Positions 12,001 to 25,335 of a DNA stretch of 64,000 bases are shown here, one piece after another. Made by a program: the position numbers and the translations under genes. Within the stretch, counting starts at the first letter, position 1. Each line of letters begins with the position of its first letter. The notes below the pieces were generated by a model. It was given only the letters and a program-made list of their open reading frames with translations. It made no database searches and was not told the DNA's origin. Source of the stretch: Octopus bimaculoides (Eukaryota); the NCBI RefSeq assembly GCF_001194135.2, contig NC_068982.1:157908445-157972444 (forward strand). The letters are read 5' to 3'.

Positions 12001-14552
12001 GTATGCTACGGACTACACCGTAATCATCCCAGGAATACGGACTGTGGAAACGCGTGTAGCGATCCATTAAATTCCATCCAAAGATTATTATTATTNNNNN
12101 NNNNNNNNNNNNNNNNNNNNNNNNNNNNNNNNNNNNNNNNNNNNNNNNNNNNNNNNNNNNNNNNNNNNNNNNNNNNNNNNNNNNNNNNNNNNNNNNNNNN
12201 NNNNNNNNNNNNNNNNNNNNNNNNNNNNNNNNNNNNNNNNNNNNNNNNNNNNNNNNNNNNNNNNNNNNNNNNNNNNNNNNNNNNNNNNNNNNNNNNNNNN
12301 NNNNNNNNNNNNNNNNNNNNNNNNNNNNNNNNNNNNNNNNNNNNNNNNNNNNNNNNNNNNNNNNNNNNNNNNNNNNNNNNNNNNNNNNNNNNNNNNNNNN
12401 NNNNNNNNNNNNNNNNNNNNNNNNNNNNNNNNNNNNNNNNNNNNNNNNNNNNNNTATATATATATATATATATATACTCTTGTACATACAAGCGTATGTA
12501 CATGCATATTTATGTCTGCAAATATGTGTATATATATATATATGTAGGTATGTCTATATCTATCCAATATGTGTGCGTGTGTATATCTGTGTGTGCGTAT
12601 GTCTATGCGAGTTCCAAGTTGTAGGCCTGTGTTTTGTATCATTTCCCAGAAAAGTTCATTAACTATGTAACTTTTCTGCAATTTGTTCCTTTTAGCTTGT
12701 GGCTGAAGAAAAATATCGAAACTATTGTGTAGCATGAAGTACTGGTTAGAGAATTCAGTAAATTAGAGTAATTAGTGTGAAAAGATCTAGGCGTGGCTTA
12801 ACATAGACGCAGGCATGGGTTTGTAGTTATGAAGTTCGCTTTATCCAAAATGTAGTGGATGCTTGTGACTTTACTTATATTTGGTATTAATAAAGGTGAA
12901 CGAAGCTTGATATAGTGGCAACAATTTCTGTGTACGTGTGCGCTTGCGCGTGTACATGACTGTGTGTGGTGTGTTTGTGTAAACATATGTATATATATAT
13001 ATACATATATATACATACACACATATATTTATTTGTGTGTATGTGTGTGTGTCTGAATGTATGTATGTATGTATGTATATATTCATCAAAGAATACAGTA
13101 TTATAAATCTTTTGCATTCAATCTTAACAACAGGTTTCGCACAGGATATTTTATAACATGGCGGTTACCAAGTGCATACATACATTTCGGAGATGGCAGA
13201 TATATATGTATTTTAAAAAAACCTAACGACTGCTCTCTTTTTATTGTATCGGTATTCTAGTAATTATAGTTTATATATGAATTCAGTGTATGGATGAAAA
13301 GGAAATCCAGTGAAGATGCTTAGAAATATTTTTCCAATTAATTGGAAATTTGTATTTTTTCAATGCGCAGAAATGGGAGAAAAATTTCTAATAGGAAGTG
13401 CAACGTTGATAAAAAAGCAATGTGGATCACACTTAGAATATTTTCTTTGTACAGAAATTGTGTGGTTTATGAGTGAATGATATACCTTCAACCAGGAAAT
13501 GAAACTGCCCTGCATATATGGTTAAGCAGATTACCACTAAGTATACAGGATTAACAATTTACTACTCAGCATGTTAAACTTATATATAACATGCAAAATA
13601 GCTGCTAAGAGTTGTAAAATTTATGCTTTTCCCAATAATATTATTGATGTTTAAGTGAAATAACGCGAGGCATTCTTATTCTTGCTCAGTTGAATGTTAT
13701 CCCATTCGAGCAAAGTTACACCCCAAAATGCGTCACAGTCGTGAACATGCTGCATTTATTGAAGCACACTTTATGTAGGATTACATGAAAAAATGTGCAC
13801 TTCTAATTTCATGATGATGAAGCATGATTTCAGGAAAGTTTAGCTGATATTTCTAGATACGAGGCTGTTTACATGATAGTGTGTTGTTGATGGTGTTAGT
13901 AGTCGTGTTGGTGGTGGAGATAGTGGTGGTGGTGGTAGCAGTGGTAGTGGTAGGGATGGTGATGGTGGTGTCGTAATTGCTGTTTAGCCCCAGAGTACTC
14001 CGAGCAAGTTTATGCTCTTCCTAGGACACGCTCTGGCAGTACCCACCAAGTATTATTTTTTCAGTCAAAGTGTATTTAGAACTATATAATCAAATGGATT
14101 TTTCCCCCCTCTGAAGGTTTGGTCACTATTTCTAGCTGGTTTACCACCACATCGGAGAAACCTCGTTGACTCATGGGCAACATCAATTGATAATTGAATA
14201 ACATACGGTGAACTTTAGAGAAAAAATACAATAAAAATATCAAAGAAACCAACAAAAAAAACATTTTGTCAGATGTTAAAGATATAGGAAGAATACAAGC
14301 ATAGTTGTTTCATTGTTTTTAAATAAAATAATGGAATGGTTAATACGTTCAAGAATGCTAAACAAGAACATACTTTCTGAGAGGTAGTTGACGAAGCAAA
14401 AATAAAGGTATAAGCAATATAAAATTTGAAAGAATAAAACAGCAAGCATTAAAAAAAAATATAAAAAAATATAACCTCTACGTTACAATACACTACATTA
14501 CAAATACATACAAAAACAGAAACGTAACAAAAGAAATTTCAATAGCACTTAC

Positions 14553-14615
14553 CAAAAGCACCTTGGCAAAATAATTCTTTACGCTTCTTAGTTCTTTTGC
14601 ATGAACCACAATTTG
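14553..14615 (-). CDS. ADAMTSL5: ADAMTSL5-like exon G (start of NTR/C345C domain)
   Basis: gtctggcag|CAAATTGT...GCTTTTG|gtaagt. Translates (A)NCGSCKRTKKRKELFCQGAF, fitting the NTR N-terminal C-x2-C-x(9-10)-FC-x3-F pattern. 63 nt, phase 1/1, compatible with exon F. Confidence 0.78.
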
Positions 14616-15564
14616 CTGCCAGACATGATGGAACACAATGAATAAGTATTAAAAAAAATAATAAAACAGTTTTCTAAAACCTAAAACATTAAAAATATTA
14701 ACAAAAAAAAAAGGGAACATCACTTAGATATCTTTCAGAGAAAAAAAAAAAAAAAAAAAANNNNNNNNNNNNNNNNNNNNNNNNNNNNNNNNNNNNNNNN
14801 NNNNNNNNNNNNNNNNNNNNNNNNNNNNNNNNNNNNNNNNNNNNNNNNNNNNNNNNNNNNNNNNNNNNNNNNNNNNNNNNNNNNNNNNNNNNNNNNNNNN
14901 NNNNNNNNNNNNNNNNNNNNNNNNNNNNNNNNNNNNNNNNNNNNNNNNNNNNNNNNNNNNNNNNNNNNNNNNNNNNNNNNNNNNNNNNNNNNNNNNNNNN
15001 NNNNNNNNNNNNNNNNNNNNNNNNNNNNNNNNNNNNNNNNNNNNNNNNNNNNNNNNNNNNNNNNNNNNNNNNNNNNNNNNNNNNNNNNNNNNNNNNNNNN
15101 NNNNNNNNNNNNNNNNNNNNNNNNNNNNNNNNNNNNNNNNNNNNNNNNNNNNNNNNNNNNNNNNNNNNNNNNNNNNNNNNNNNNNNNNNNNNNNNNNNNN
15201 NNNNNNNNNNNNNNNNNNNNNNNNNNNNNNNNNNNNNNNNNNNNNNNNNNNNNNNNNNNNNNNNNNNNNNNNNNNNNNNNNNNNNNNNNNNNNNNNNNNN
15301 NNNNNNNNNNNNNNNNTATACACACACATGCACACACATACGCACACATATATTCCAGTTAACATACAGAGTGTATATTCTCAATACATATATATGTAAT
15401 TTAAATATAAAAATCACATTTTATTTTGCTGTTATTTTGAAATTTGTTATTTATTTATTTATTCTCTAATTTACTATCTGTCACAAAATGTTGTATAGGT
15501 CTGTAGGACAAAACAGTCCGATCAAACGGATCTTTTGAGAAGAATTTCTTCGGAAGGAAACTGA

Positions 15565-15630
<66 letters not shown>

Positions 15631-16885
15631 AGTATGTGTGTGTGTATCTATGCATTTATTACACCCCTCCACACACAAACACCCAACCACACCCGCACAC
15701 TCACACACACACATGTATCTGTGTATTGCACCACACAAAGCTCTCTCGTTATTTTAGATAATTAACACGCACTGACAATGAAGATATTGCTGGGCAAATG
15801 AGGTAATATAAATCGTTAGAAAACGTACATACATACACATATACGCACATACATACACAGATAGATGGATAGACATATAGGTAGATAAATAGATAGATAC
15901 ATGCATATATACATACATGCGTGAAATACATACGTTCATGCAAACATACATTCATACCTACACACATACCTATGTAAGATGATGACTCATCCAAAATAAG
16001 TATATGGTATTGAGTACTGCTTTTTCCGACTTCATACACGCGCGCGCACACAATACACAGTCTCTCGCACACACACACACACACACACATATGCATAAAT
16101 ATAATTTTGTGGGTATGCGCGCGTGTGTCTGCATATGAGTGTGTGAGTATCCATACGTGCCCTTACATAAATCTATTTCAGTCACGGCTTTGTTTTCCTT
16201 CACAAATAAGGAGAAGAATACAAGTAATGCCCCAAGATCTACTGAACTACATTTGGAAAGTTCGACAAATTGAAGTAAAAATTCAAGATCCACTTTAATA
16301 TTCTAAAATGTATCTAAAAGTGTGTTAAGCTTTTGAAATTTATGTAATTCAGGAAATGATACTAATTAATTTGAAAAAGAAAACTATTTAAATGTATAAG
16401 TGAAGTAAATTTTCATAAATTCTCTACAAAGGCAGACACATCAATTCCTTCTTGCCTTCTGCAAAAGCCCACGGCCTTGGGTGCACAACAAGCTGCATTT
16501 ATAAAAATATATTGGTAAATGCACAAAGTATTAATTTTTTTCGAATTGGTATTTTGAATTTTGACATATCCATATTTTAATATTTAATGTAAGGGAATTT
16601 ATCAATATCGCAGATGCAAGAAACTTACGCTTCATTGCAATATAATGTACATGCATGCGCAACTAGAAGTTGTTTTTTAGAGAGCCTTTTTTTGTCTGTT
16701 ATGCGGTTGTATTTGAAATATGTCTAATGATTATGTGAAAAGTTCTTGCCTGAGACATGAAACTTTAAGTCACGGAAAAGTTAACAATTACCATGCTACA
16801 ATATGTGCTTGGGTATGGTAGAGGGCGGAAGAGATAAAGAGAAAGAGATACAGACAGACAGAGAGAGAGAGATTGAAAGAGAGAT

Positions 16886-16931
<46 letters not shown>

Positions 16932-17349
16932 AGCGTGTGCGCGCATGTGTTTCCTTGTACGTTTGCACGCAAACATACATGCATTAGTTGATATGGATAA
17001 AAATCTGAAAGGGAATTGATGAACGCTGCTGTCAGAGGTTCATAACGCCGGTTAGTTTCTTTGATGCTTTCCCTTAGATTGACACAGGAGAAGTAAGGGT
17101 AAGAAACAATGTTTTTTCTTATTTTTGCCTCTTTGCCAAGACATATAGATATGCCAAGTAAAATACGTGAGTTGTCTCGAAAGTAATATATATATATATG
17201 TATATATGTATGTATGTATATCATACCATTATTGAAAACGGACGTTAAATGATGATGATGTATGTATGTATATATATATATATGTACATATATATGTATG
17301 TGAGTGTATTTATATATATCTGTGTGTGTGTGTGTGTGTGTATGTAAAC

Positions 17350-17408
<59 letters not shown>

Positions 17409-17602
17409 TGTAGTATGTAATATGTAATTATATATCAGGAGTGAACGCATGGTAATGTATAAAAACTCCAGAAGAAAAAAATGCTCAATATGTGGTGTAT
17501 TGAAATAAATGGAGGCATGCAATGCCGAGTACTTAAGAACTTTGATTCGCCATAGTAAATCTCAGATTCGATCCTACTGCAAAGACATTTGGTAATGTCT
17601 GT

Positions 17603-17649
<47 letters not shown>

Positions 17650-19197
17650 CACCATAGCTTCAAGTAGACCTAATAATTTTGAATGGAATTAGGAAAATGA
17701 GAATCTGTTTAGAAGAGCATCGATGCGCTGCTCATTATCTGAAAGAGCCCAGGGTTATATCAAATGCATAAGTAACTATGGAATACTCGGTCACTTAGAA
17801 TATAATTCAATCGATAGCTGCTTCTGGTCATCAAACAACTGGTAGACTCATCGTCGAGACTGACGGAGAATCTATTTGTAGCGATATGAAATTTAATATA
17901 AGCTGGGTCTTCTCATGTGACTTTGTTCACTGCCTAACAACATGTCAGGCCATACTCATCATATTTAGAACATCTATCAATATATGGGCATATAAATGGT
18001 GAAGTTACAAAAATACTCGTATTTAAAAGTTGTTCAGAGATTTATTTCGAAAGATCATTTGTGAAGGATTGTTTGTAATGGGTTTTCAATGAAAAGTGGA
18101 TGTGTAAGGTGTGAGCAGTGTCGACTATGAAGGAGAGAAAGAAATAACAAGAAATATAAAGAGTAAAAGCGAGCGAAAAGAGTGATATAAATAACAAAGA
18201 AAAAAGAGAAAGGAATTTAGATCGTAAAGAGAAATAGAAAGACAAAGAAAATGACACAAAGATAGTATTGGGGAAAGAGAGGAAGGGAGAAGAGTTTTGC
18301 GCATAGAATATAAATAAACTTTAGAAAATGAGTGGTAATAAGGTTACCTGTAGAAGAATAGAATGAGAGAGCATAATATACAATATGATGAGAGTTAGTG
18401 ACATAAAAGCTAATTATAAACAAAATTCATTTAGGTAAATTTATGGTTTATGGGCCAGGGAAGGTAACTCTAATGCTAACTAAATGGTATTTTGAATTTA
18501 TTGAGTAAAAGTTAGAATTTCAACTCAAAATATCCTTAAAAGTGAAGCAAGATTTCTATATTCTTGCAGATGCGTAAATCATTGAATCATTTAACAAGTG
18601 GTTATAGGATTTTCTGCAGTACAGAGGTTCCATTTGATGTTCAAGTTGTGTGCTTGTCATTCAAGTTCAAAGCGTATTTTGATAATTATTACTCGCTGAG
18701 GAGCCTTTAGAACGTAATATATTATGGTTATATTGTATTTTAAATAGGTAAGCCGTTAAACTGATATAATCTGAAACTGATGTTATATTCATCAGAGATA
18801 CTGCAGCCTAACAATTTCCAGAGCTTGTCAAACATCTAACGATCAGAGATAATCAGAGTTAAATTATATGTTTGACGACGTATCGCTGTGTCTCCATTTC
18901 ACTTTTTCTTTCTTTTAGTTTTCCTACACATATCTCTCCTTTCAGTCACTTTTACTCTTGTTTTCCCAACTCACGCCACCCCAACTTACCCATCACTAAA
19001 TAACCTATATCAGACTTTTCCTCACAAACATAATTATGAACCTCTAATCGTGTTATTTCTTTCAAATTATGTGACTTCCCAAATTATAGGTTCGAATATT
19101 TATATCACTACAGCCTGACCAGCCAAAATGGGGAAATTCAAAGTCGTACTGGTGAAACGTCCGTTCCTACTTAATCACACACACACACAAACACACA

Positions 19198-19236
<39 letters not shown>

Positions 19237-21173
19237 TACACCCACNNNNNNNNNNNNNNNNNNNNNNNNNNNNNNNNNNNNNNNNNNNNNNNNNNNNNAC
19301 ACACACAGACACACACACACACACAATTTGTTTGTGGAACACTGAGACTCGAAACAGGTAAAGCTATAAACAATAGCTCCTTTGGATGGAAGGAGTCGAA
19401 AGTTGCTCGCGGGACTCGAGCTCTCATTTCTACCATTGGACCAAAGCAATTCTTTGCATTTCTCTATCCATATTAGAATCACTATCCTTACCAACAAGAA
19501 TTGTATGTTGTTGAAATGATAAGGTTTACAAACTTCGAAAGAACGTGAAATAATTCTATTGTTTGGAACGGTGGAAAACGAAGCAGTTAAAACCGCAATG
19601 TAGACATTGTGTAAAAATACCCCCAGGGTAGAAAAAGTCGTAGGCTACATGTTGAACTTGAACCGTCATCTCCTATAAACACCTCAGACGTTCTACTATT
19701 GGTAACAGTAAAGTTTCTAAAATGGATAGCGAAATTCGAAGAGCTTTGGTCTAAAGTAAAAACGTCTATCTTGTTTACAGAAGATGTGGATTAGAGTCTC
19801 ACATGTATCCCTCGATTTTTGTATCGGAAGCTGTATTTTAACGTAATATTTACATAGTATTATTTGTGTTTCGAATTTCACCGTCTTAACAGGTACTCCG
19901 TCGGTTACGACGATGAATGTTCCAGTTGATCGGACCAAAGAAACAGCCTGCTCATGAAATTAACGTACAAGTGGCTGAGCACTGCACAGATACGCGTACC
20001 CTTAAAACAGTTCTCAGAGAGATTCAGGGTGAGACAGAATATTTTAAACCTGGCTCTTTGAATTACAGGTACTACTCATTTTTACCAGTTGAGTGGACTG
20101 GAGCAATATGAAATAAAGTTTCTTGCTCAAGCACACAACGTGTCGCTCGATATTGAATTCATAATCTTACGATCGTGAGTCGAATACCCTAACCACTAAG
20201 CTATGCGTCTTCTCAAGACGCGTGACCGGAAGTTTCACCGTATAACAAAAAAAAAAGAAAAGAAAAATACAAGAATTACTTCATATTCTCGATGTTTCTA
20301 AGTTCTTATGATGTTATCAATATAAATATATATATATATATGTGGGGGGGGGGTGCATTAAACATTCGACTAGCAAACCAACATGATGTTAAATGCAATG
20401 TATTCAAGATTTATTCAGTGAATTCCAACAAAATAGAATTTATTTTGGTTATTTAAAACCTTTCGTACAGAAATGTCATATCGTTGAAGAACGCCCTGAA
20501 CAGAGATAAGAATCTGTGTTTTGTAAGAAATTATTGAATACATTCTGCATACTCAGTAAATTGGCATCGAGTTCTTTATATGTGTAACTAACTGTAAATA
20601 TGTATATAAATAATGAGTGTATATGTATGTGTAAATATAAAGTAAATATATAGTATGTATATATCTTGTTTATATACAAGTGAAAACAGTTTATGAATAA
20701 AGTTAGCAATATCTATTTATGCATATGAGTGTGTGTGACTTTATGTATTAAACAGATATTCTAAACTAAAGCACATGATCTATGATCCAACGACAGAGCC
20801 TCTGGACAGGTATTCGAATAGATAGATAGTCAGCTAAGTGTATATCATCGCAAACAATCTTTAAAAATAAAGCAAGAGCATATCGAATAATTTAGTCCTA
20901 GATACACTCTTCCTGAAAACTAGGCAAGATGGACACAGGTCAAATGCTTTTTTTCCTAGCTCTGTTCAATAATTACCTTAAGTGCCTAAAGTGTAAATAC
21001 CAACAACAGTCAATATCTTACAACTGTTTTTCATAGACCACTGCATCGATGGAGAACTGTTCTATATATAATATAAATCCCTCTGTCTTGTATATACTGT
21101 AAAGCATATATACTCGTTTCTTTTGTATAAAATCCTCACCAATCTAACAACTGACTAGAATTTGTTTCCTTAC

Positions 21174-21534
21174 CTGTCTTGTGATTGCTTCTTGAATGGT
21201 AAGTGTTTGATTTCTGACCAATTTTCCTTCCATCATTGAAAGACCTCTTGGCTGCTTTTTTCAAATTGTGATTTTTGACTTTTGCTGAGTTCGGTAATGG
21301 TCTTCTATCGAACTGAGTGTTAGCATTTCTTGGCGAAGATGTTCTATAAAATTGCTTGATTCTTGAGTGTATATTTTTTATCATCTGTGACTGTGTACGT
21401 TCTCGATGGTTTCGAAGGTCTTTCAAACCGTTTTTCCTCGTGATTGGTGGATGAGTTGGATATTTATTTTGTGAAGAATTATCTGGCATCCAATATTCAT
21501 AGCTGAGTCCTTTGTTATGTTCTTTATAAAGTAA
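21174..21534 (-). CDS. ADAMTSL5: ADAMTSL5-like exon F (spacer end plus 103-aa basic linker)
   Basis: ttcttctttctag|TTACTTTAT...AAGACAG|gtaagg. Translates LLYKEHNKGLSYEYWMP (spacer end, Y-x-Y motif) then DNSSQNKY...SRSNHKT. 361 nt, phase 0/1. The 3' boundary is less certain because a second donor lies at 21140. Confidence 0.85.
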
Positions 21535-21611
21535 CTAGAAAGAAGAACAACAAATGTATTATTTCCTGACTTCTTACTGAAACGAAGAGGGTGTTTTGTG
21601 TATGAAAGAAG

Positions 21612-21657
<46 letters not shown>

Positions 21658-21667
21658 NNNNNNNNNN

Positions 21668-21706
<39 letters not shown>

Positions 21707-22814
21707 TGTGCATGTGTGAGAATGTGTGAGTGTTGTGTGTGTGTGAAAGAGAGAGAGATAGAAATTGGAGATAGAGAGAAACAAACAGGGAAAGAAAGAC
21801 AGAGAGAAGCCAATAGACAGACAGTTACATTGAATCCATATGGTGTGTAGGTGTGCCGCTCACTTTGCCGGTGAGCAGTTTTAGGTTCAATCTCACAGCA
21901 CAGCTCCTTAAGCATTTCCTTCTATCAACTAAACCCTTTTGGAAGAAAATTACTCATAGGCCGGTTTTCGTATTCTGTGGTGTATACAATACCCTCACTC
22001 TGGATGGATCCAGGTCAGTCGCAAGATTTTAACTTTTGTTAGATGAGTCAACTAGACCAACGTGAAATGAAATACATTGCTCAAGAACACAACGTGTCGA
22101 GGAGTCCAAGAATCGGAACCATAATCTTATGATCATGTGTGCAATCATTAACTACTAAACCGCATGTAATCCCACTGCGGTGGCTGTTCTTGTTTATATG
22201 TAAAGGTGTTAACCCCTTGCAGATAGGAAGTGGTACTGACCGCATTGAAACAATGTGTGTGTGAACAGTGCGATGTCTTGCTCTGTGCAGCACCGTGTTT
22301 TCAAATATTTCACACCGAGAAGACTTTCTAAATACACTGTAGAATTCCTTGTATGAAAAATAATGTAGTTACTGAACGACCTAATACCAATACACAGCAC
22401 AGACTATCAATAGGCGTCGTCCACTTTCTAACGAATTGTCAGGGAATGGAAGGTAGTACTCGCGCATCTCTTTCAAATTTTTAGGGCCGCAGAGGCAGGT
22501 GGACAAAAAGACAAATGTTTTTCTTAAACCGTCCATCGTAACCAACTTACAGCACACGAAACTATACTAAATGCACATATAGACGTTAAATCGGTCGGGT
22601 TAAATCTTTCATTCAGGAAATCGGAAGACATTTCGGAGAATATTCTAACAATTCCACCAGTTCAACGCCATGCCCTTGGACTGGGATATTATTTTATCAA
22701 GTCCAAATTTTGAAAGATAAATTTGACCGCGACAAGATTTAAGCATACAAAGCTGAGGGCTGGAACAAATACCGCAACGCATTTTTTGTACTATGCTCTT
22801 GTTGTTGTTGGCAC

Positions 22815-23200
22815 TCTGTCGCTTACGACGCACGAGGGTTCCAGTTGATCCGATCAACGGAACAGGCTGCTCGTGAAATTAACGTGCAAGTGGCTGAGCA
22901 TTCCACAGACACGTGTACCCTTAACGTAGTTCTCGGGGATATTCAGCGTGACACAGTGTGACACAGTGTGACAAGGCTGACCCTTTGAATTACAGGCACA
23001 ACAGAAACAGGAAGTCAGAGTAAGAGAAAGTTGTAGTGGAAGAGTACAGCAGGGTTCGCCACCATCCCCTGCCGGAGCCTCGTGGAGCTTTAGGCGTTTT
23101 CGCTCAATAAACACTCACAACGCCCGGTCTGGGAATCGAAAGCGCGATCCTATGACCGCGAATCCGCTGCCCTAACCACTGAGCCATTGCGCCTCCACAC
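22815..23200 (-). mobile_element. tRNA-derived SINE family C, full-length
   Basis: Head gtggaggcgcaatggctcagtggttagggcagcgg...ttcgattccc (A and B boxes) and a (CAA)n tail. About 90% identical to 25929-26254. Decayed copies lie near 19920-20210, 22060-22170 and 42660-42860. Confidence 0.88.
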
Positions 23201-24234
23201 TATGCTCTAACTACTCAGCCAATTCGCAGGTTTAATACCACTATCTCTCAATGCATGCAATTTAGCAAATTTGTCTCTGATGTATGTTCTCGGGTAGATC
23301 TCCTTCCAGAGAGTACCTTTCAAATGTTTAAGTCGCAAGTCACAAAGCAGCTAAGAACTCTCTGCTACAATTCATTCTCAGTCACGAAATAACATGCACG
23401 ATTTTGCCTGAGAAGGGGAAGATGGCGGGGAGAGACAGAGAGATAGCCTGTGTGAAAGAGAGGGAGAGAGGAAGAGAGGGAGAGGGAGAGAGGGAGAGAG
23501 AGAAAGACATGGATTTAGATGTGGTTAGCAAGTAACATAAAGCAATAAAAAATAAGTAGAAATGATAATATCGAATTACTTATATACATACATATATANN
23601 NNNNNNNNNNNNNNNNNNNNNNNNNNNNNNNNNNNNNNNNNNNNNNNNNNNNNNNNNNNNNNNNNNNNNNNNNNNNNNNNNNNNNNNNNNNNNNNNNNNN
23701 NNNNNNNNNNNNNNNNNNNNNNNNNNNNNNNNNNNNNNNNNNNNNNNNNNNNNNNNNNNNNNNNNNNNNNNNNNNNNNNNNNNNNNNNNNNNNNNNNNNN
23801 NNNNNNNNNNNNNNNNNNNNNNNNNNNNNNNNNNNNNNNNNNNNNNNNNNNNNNNNNNNNNNNNNNNNNNNNNNNNNNNNNNNNNNNNNNNNNNNNNNNN
23901 NNNNNNNNNNNNNNNNNNNNNNNNNNNNNNNNNNNNNNNNNNNNNNNNNNNNNNNNNNNNNNNNNNNNNNNNNNNNNNNNNNNNNNNNNNNNNNNNNNNN
24001 NNNNNNNNNNNNNNNNNNNNNNNNNNNNNNNNNNNNNNNNNNNNNNNNNNNNNNNNNNNNNNNTGTGTGTGTGTGTGTGTGTATCTGTGTGTTTGTATGT
24101 ATGATTTAACTGTTTGTACAATTTTCATAGAACTCAACGTGATATTCATCGCAGTTTCCGTTCCATTTTTCAGGGTAACTACACAAGAACATGCAAGATA
24201 GAGAGAGTTATAATAATTCTAATTGCAACCTTAC

Positions 24235-24398
24235 CAATACATAGATTTTTTTCTTTGTTGGACCGACTATTCGAAGTGATTCGTTCTTGTTTCCATCACG
24301 TTCATAAAATAGTTCAGTTCCAGCAATATTTTTCGTTCCTGAAGATTCTATTTTATAGTTTCCATTCAATTCAAACGTCTTGTTTGCCGACATCAAAG
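24235..24398 (-). CDS. ADAMTSL5: ADAMTSL5-like exon E (spacer domain)
   Basis: cattaaag|CTTTG...GTATTG|gtaagg. Translates (A)LMSANKTFELNGNYKIESSGTKNIAGTELFYERDGNKNESLRIVGPTKKKIYVL, with the spacer LNG...AGT...GPT motifs. 164 nt, phase 1/0. Confidence 0.93.
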
Positions 24399-24693
24399 CT
24401 TTAATGTATATATTGTATAAGAAAAGATCAGAAGAAAAATATAAGAATATTGCAAAGGATTAACAATTAATGCTATATATGGCACGCACTCAGTTCCCAT
24501 TTCCTTTACATATTTATATATTTGACCGTGATTTTGAAGGACTCAATCATTTGACTTGCTAGAAAAGCATTCAAATTTCCCTCAAATCACATACTATTTA
24601 CGTATATATATTTGTTTTGAAAGATTCTTGATGAGAAATCGTTTGTTGAAACAGATATTGTTGTATTTGGGGATGGTCATGTTGCCAGTTTAG

Positions 24694-24969
24694 CCATTAA
24701 AAACACACGCACTATATAAAGGGGAAACGGCACGAAGCGTAGGAGAGCGGATAAATGACATTGGAGGGAACTTAAGGAAGTACCAGCACGCTGAGCAGGA
24801 ACACGGAGGCTCACTCAACAACATAGAAGTTAAAATATTGTCCACACATAGAACAGAGGCAACACTTAGACAAATTACAGAAGCTACACGCATAATAGAA
24901 AATAAACCTAGCCTGAATAGGAAACTGGAATGGAACACTAGCACACACAACCAACACACCACAACATAA
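24694..24969 (+). mobile_element. Penelope-like GIY-YIG endonuclease fragment (open frame, no start codon)
   Basis: Stop-to-stop frame: PLKTHALYKGETARSVGERIND...HAEQEH...IEVKILSTHRTEATLRQITEATRIIENKPSLNRKLEWN. It matches the PLE pattern YxGETxRSxxER...RQIxEA...PxLN. Absent from the ORF track. Confidence 0.82.
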
Positions 24970-25290
24970 AACAGAATAAAATCCCCATACGTTAACAAAA
25001 TTAAATTAAATTAAATACAAACAAAAAAAAAGAAAGAATAGAAAAAAATGATAATAATAAGTAGGTATAAACACATGAACAAATAAATAAAAGCAAATTA
25101 AACGAGCGTGTATAAACAGGGGATGCAAATAATACAGGCACTCCCCATACACGCACACGCACTTACTAAACATAGACACACATAGGGGGATACGCATGCG
25201 CAAATAAAGACACATACAATAAGACTACAAAATACAAAATGACTGATCGTTAGTAAGGAAAGACATACAAATAGGAAAGAAGAAAGCAAA

Positions 25291-25335
25291 GGACCACTGA
25301 TGAGGTCACAGAAATGTGACGAAAGAACTCTGGCC
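25291..25335 (+). ncRNA. Minimal type I hammerhead ribozyme motif (Penelope pLTR type)
   Basis: GGACCA CTGATGA G GTCACA GAAA TGTGAC GAAA GAAC TC TGGCC. It has an intact CUGAUGA and GAAA core, a 6-bp stem II with GAAA tetraloop, a minimal stem III, a UC cleavage site (after 25330) and an imperfect stem I. It lies about 320 nt downstream of the GIY-YIG frame on the same strand. Confidence 0.8.

Noticed and set aside
23120-23200. tRNA-like sequence with A and B boxes
   Set aside because: It continues into a 300-nt body repeated elsewhere and has no complete cloverleaf or acceptor stem. It is a SINE head, not a tRNA gene.
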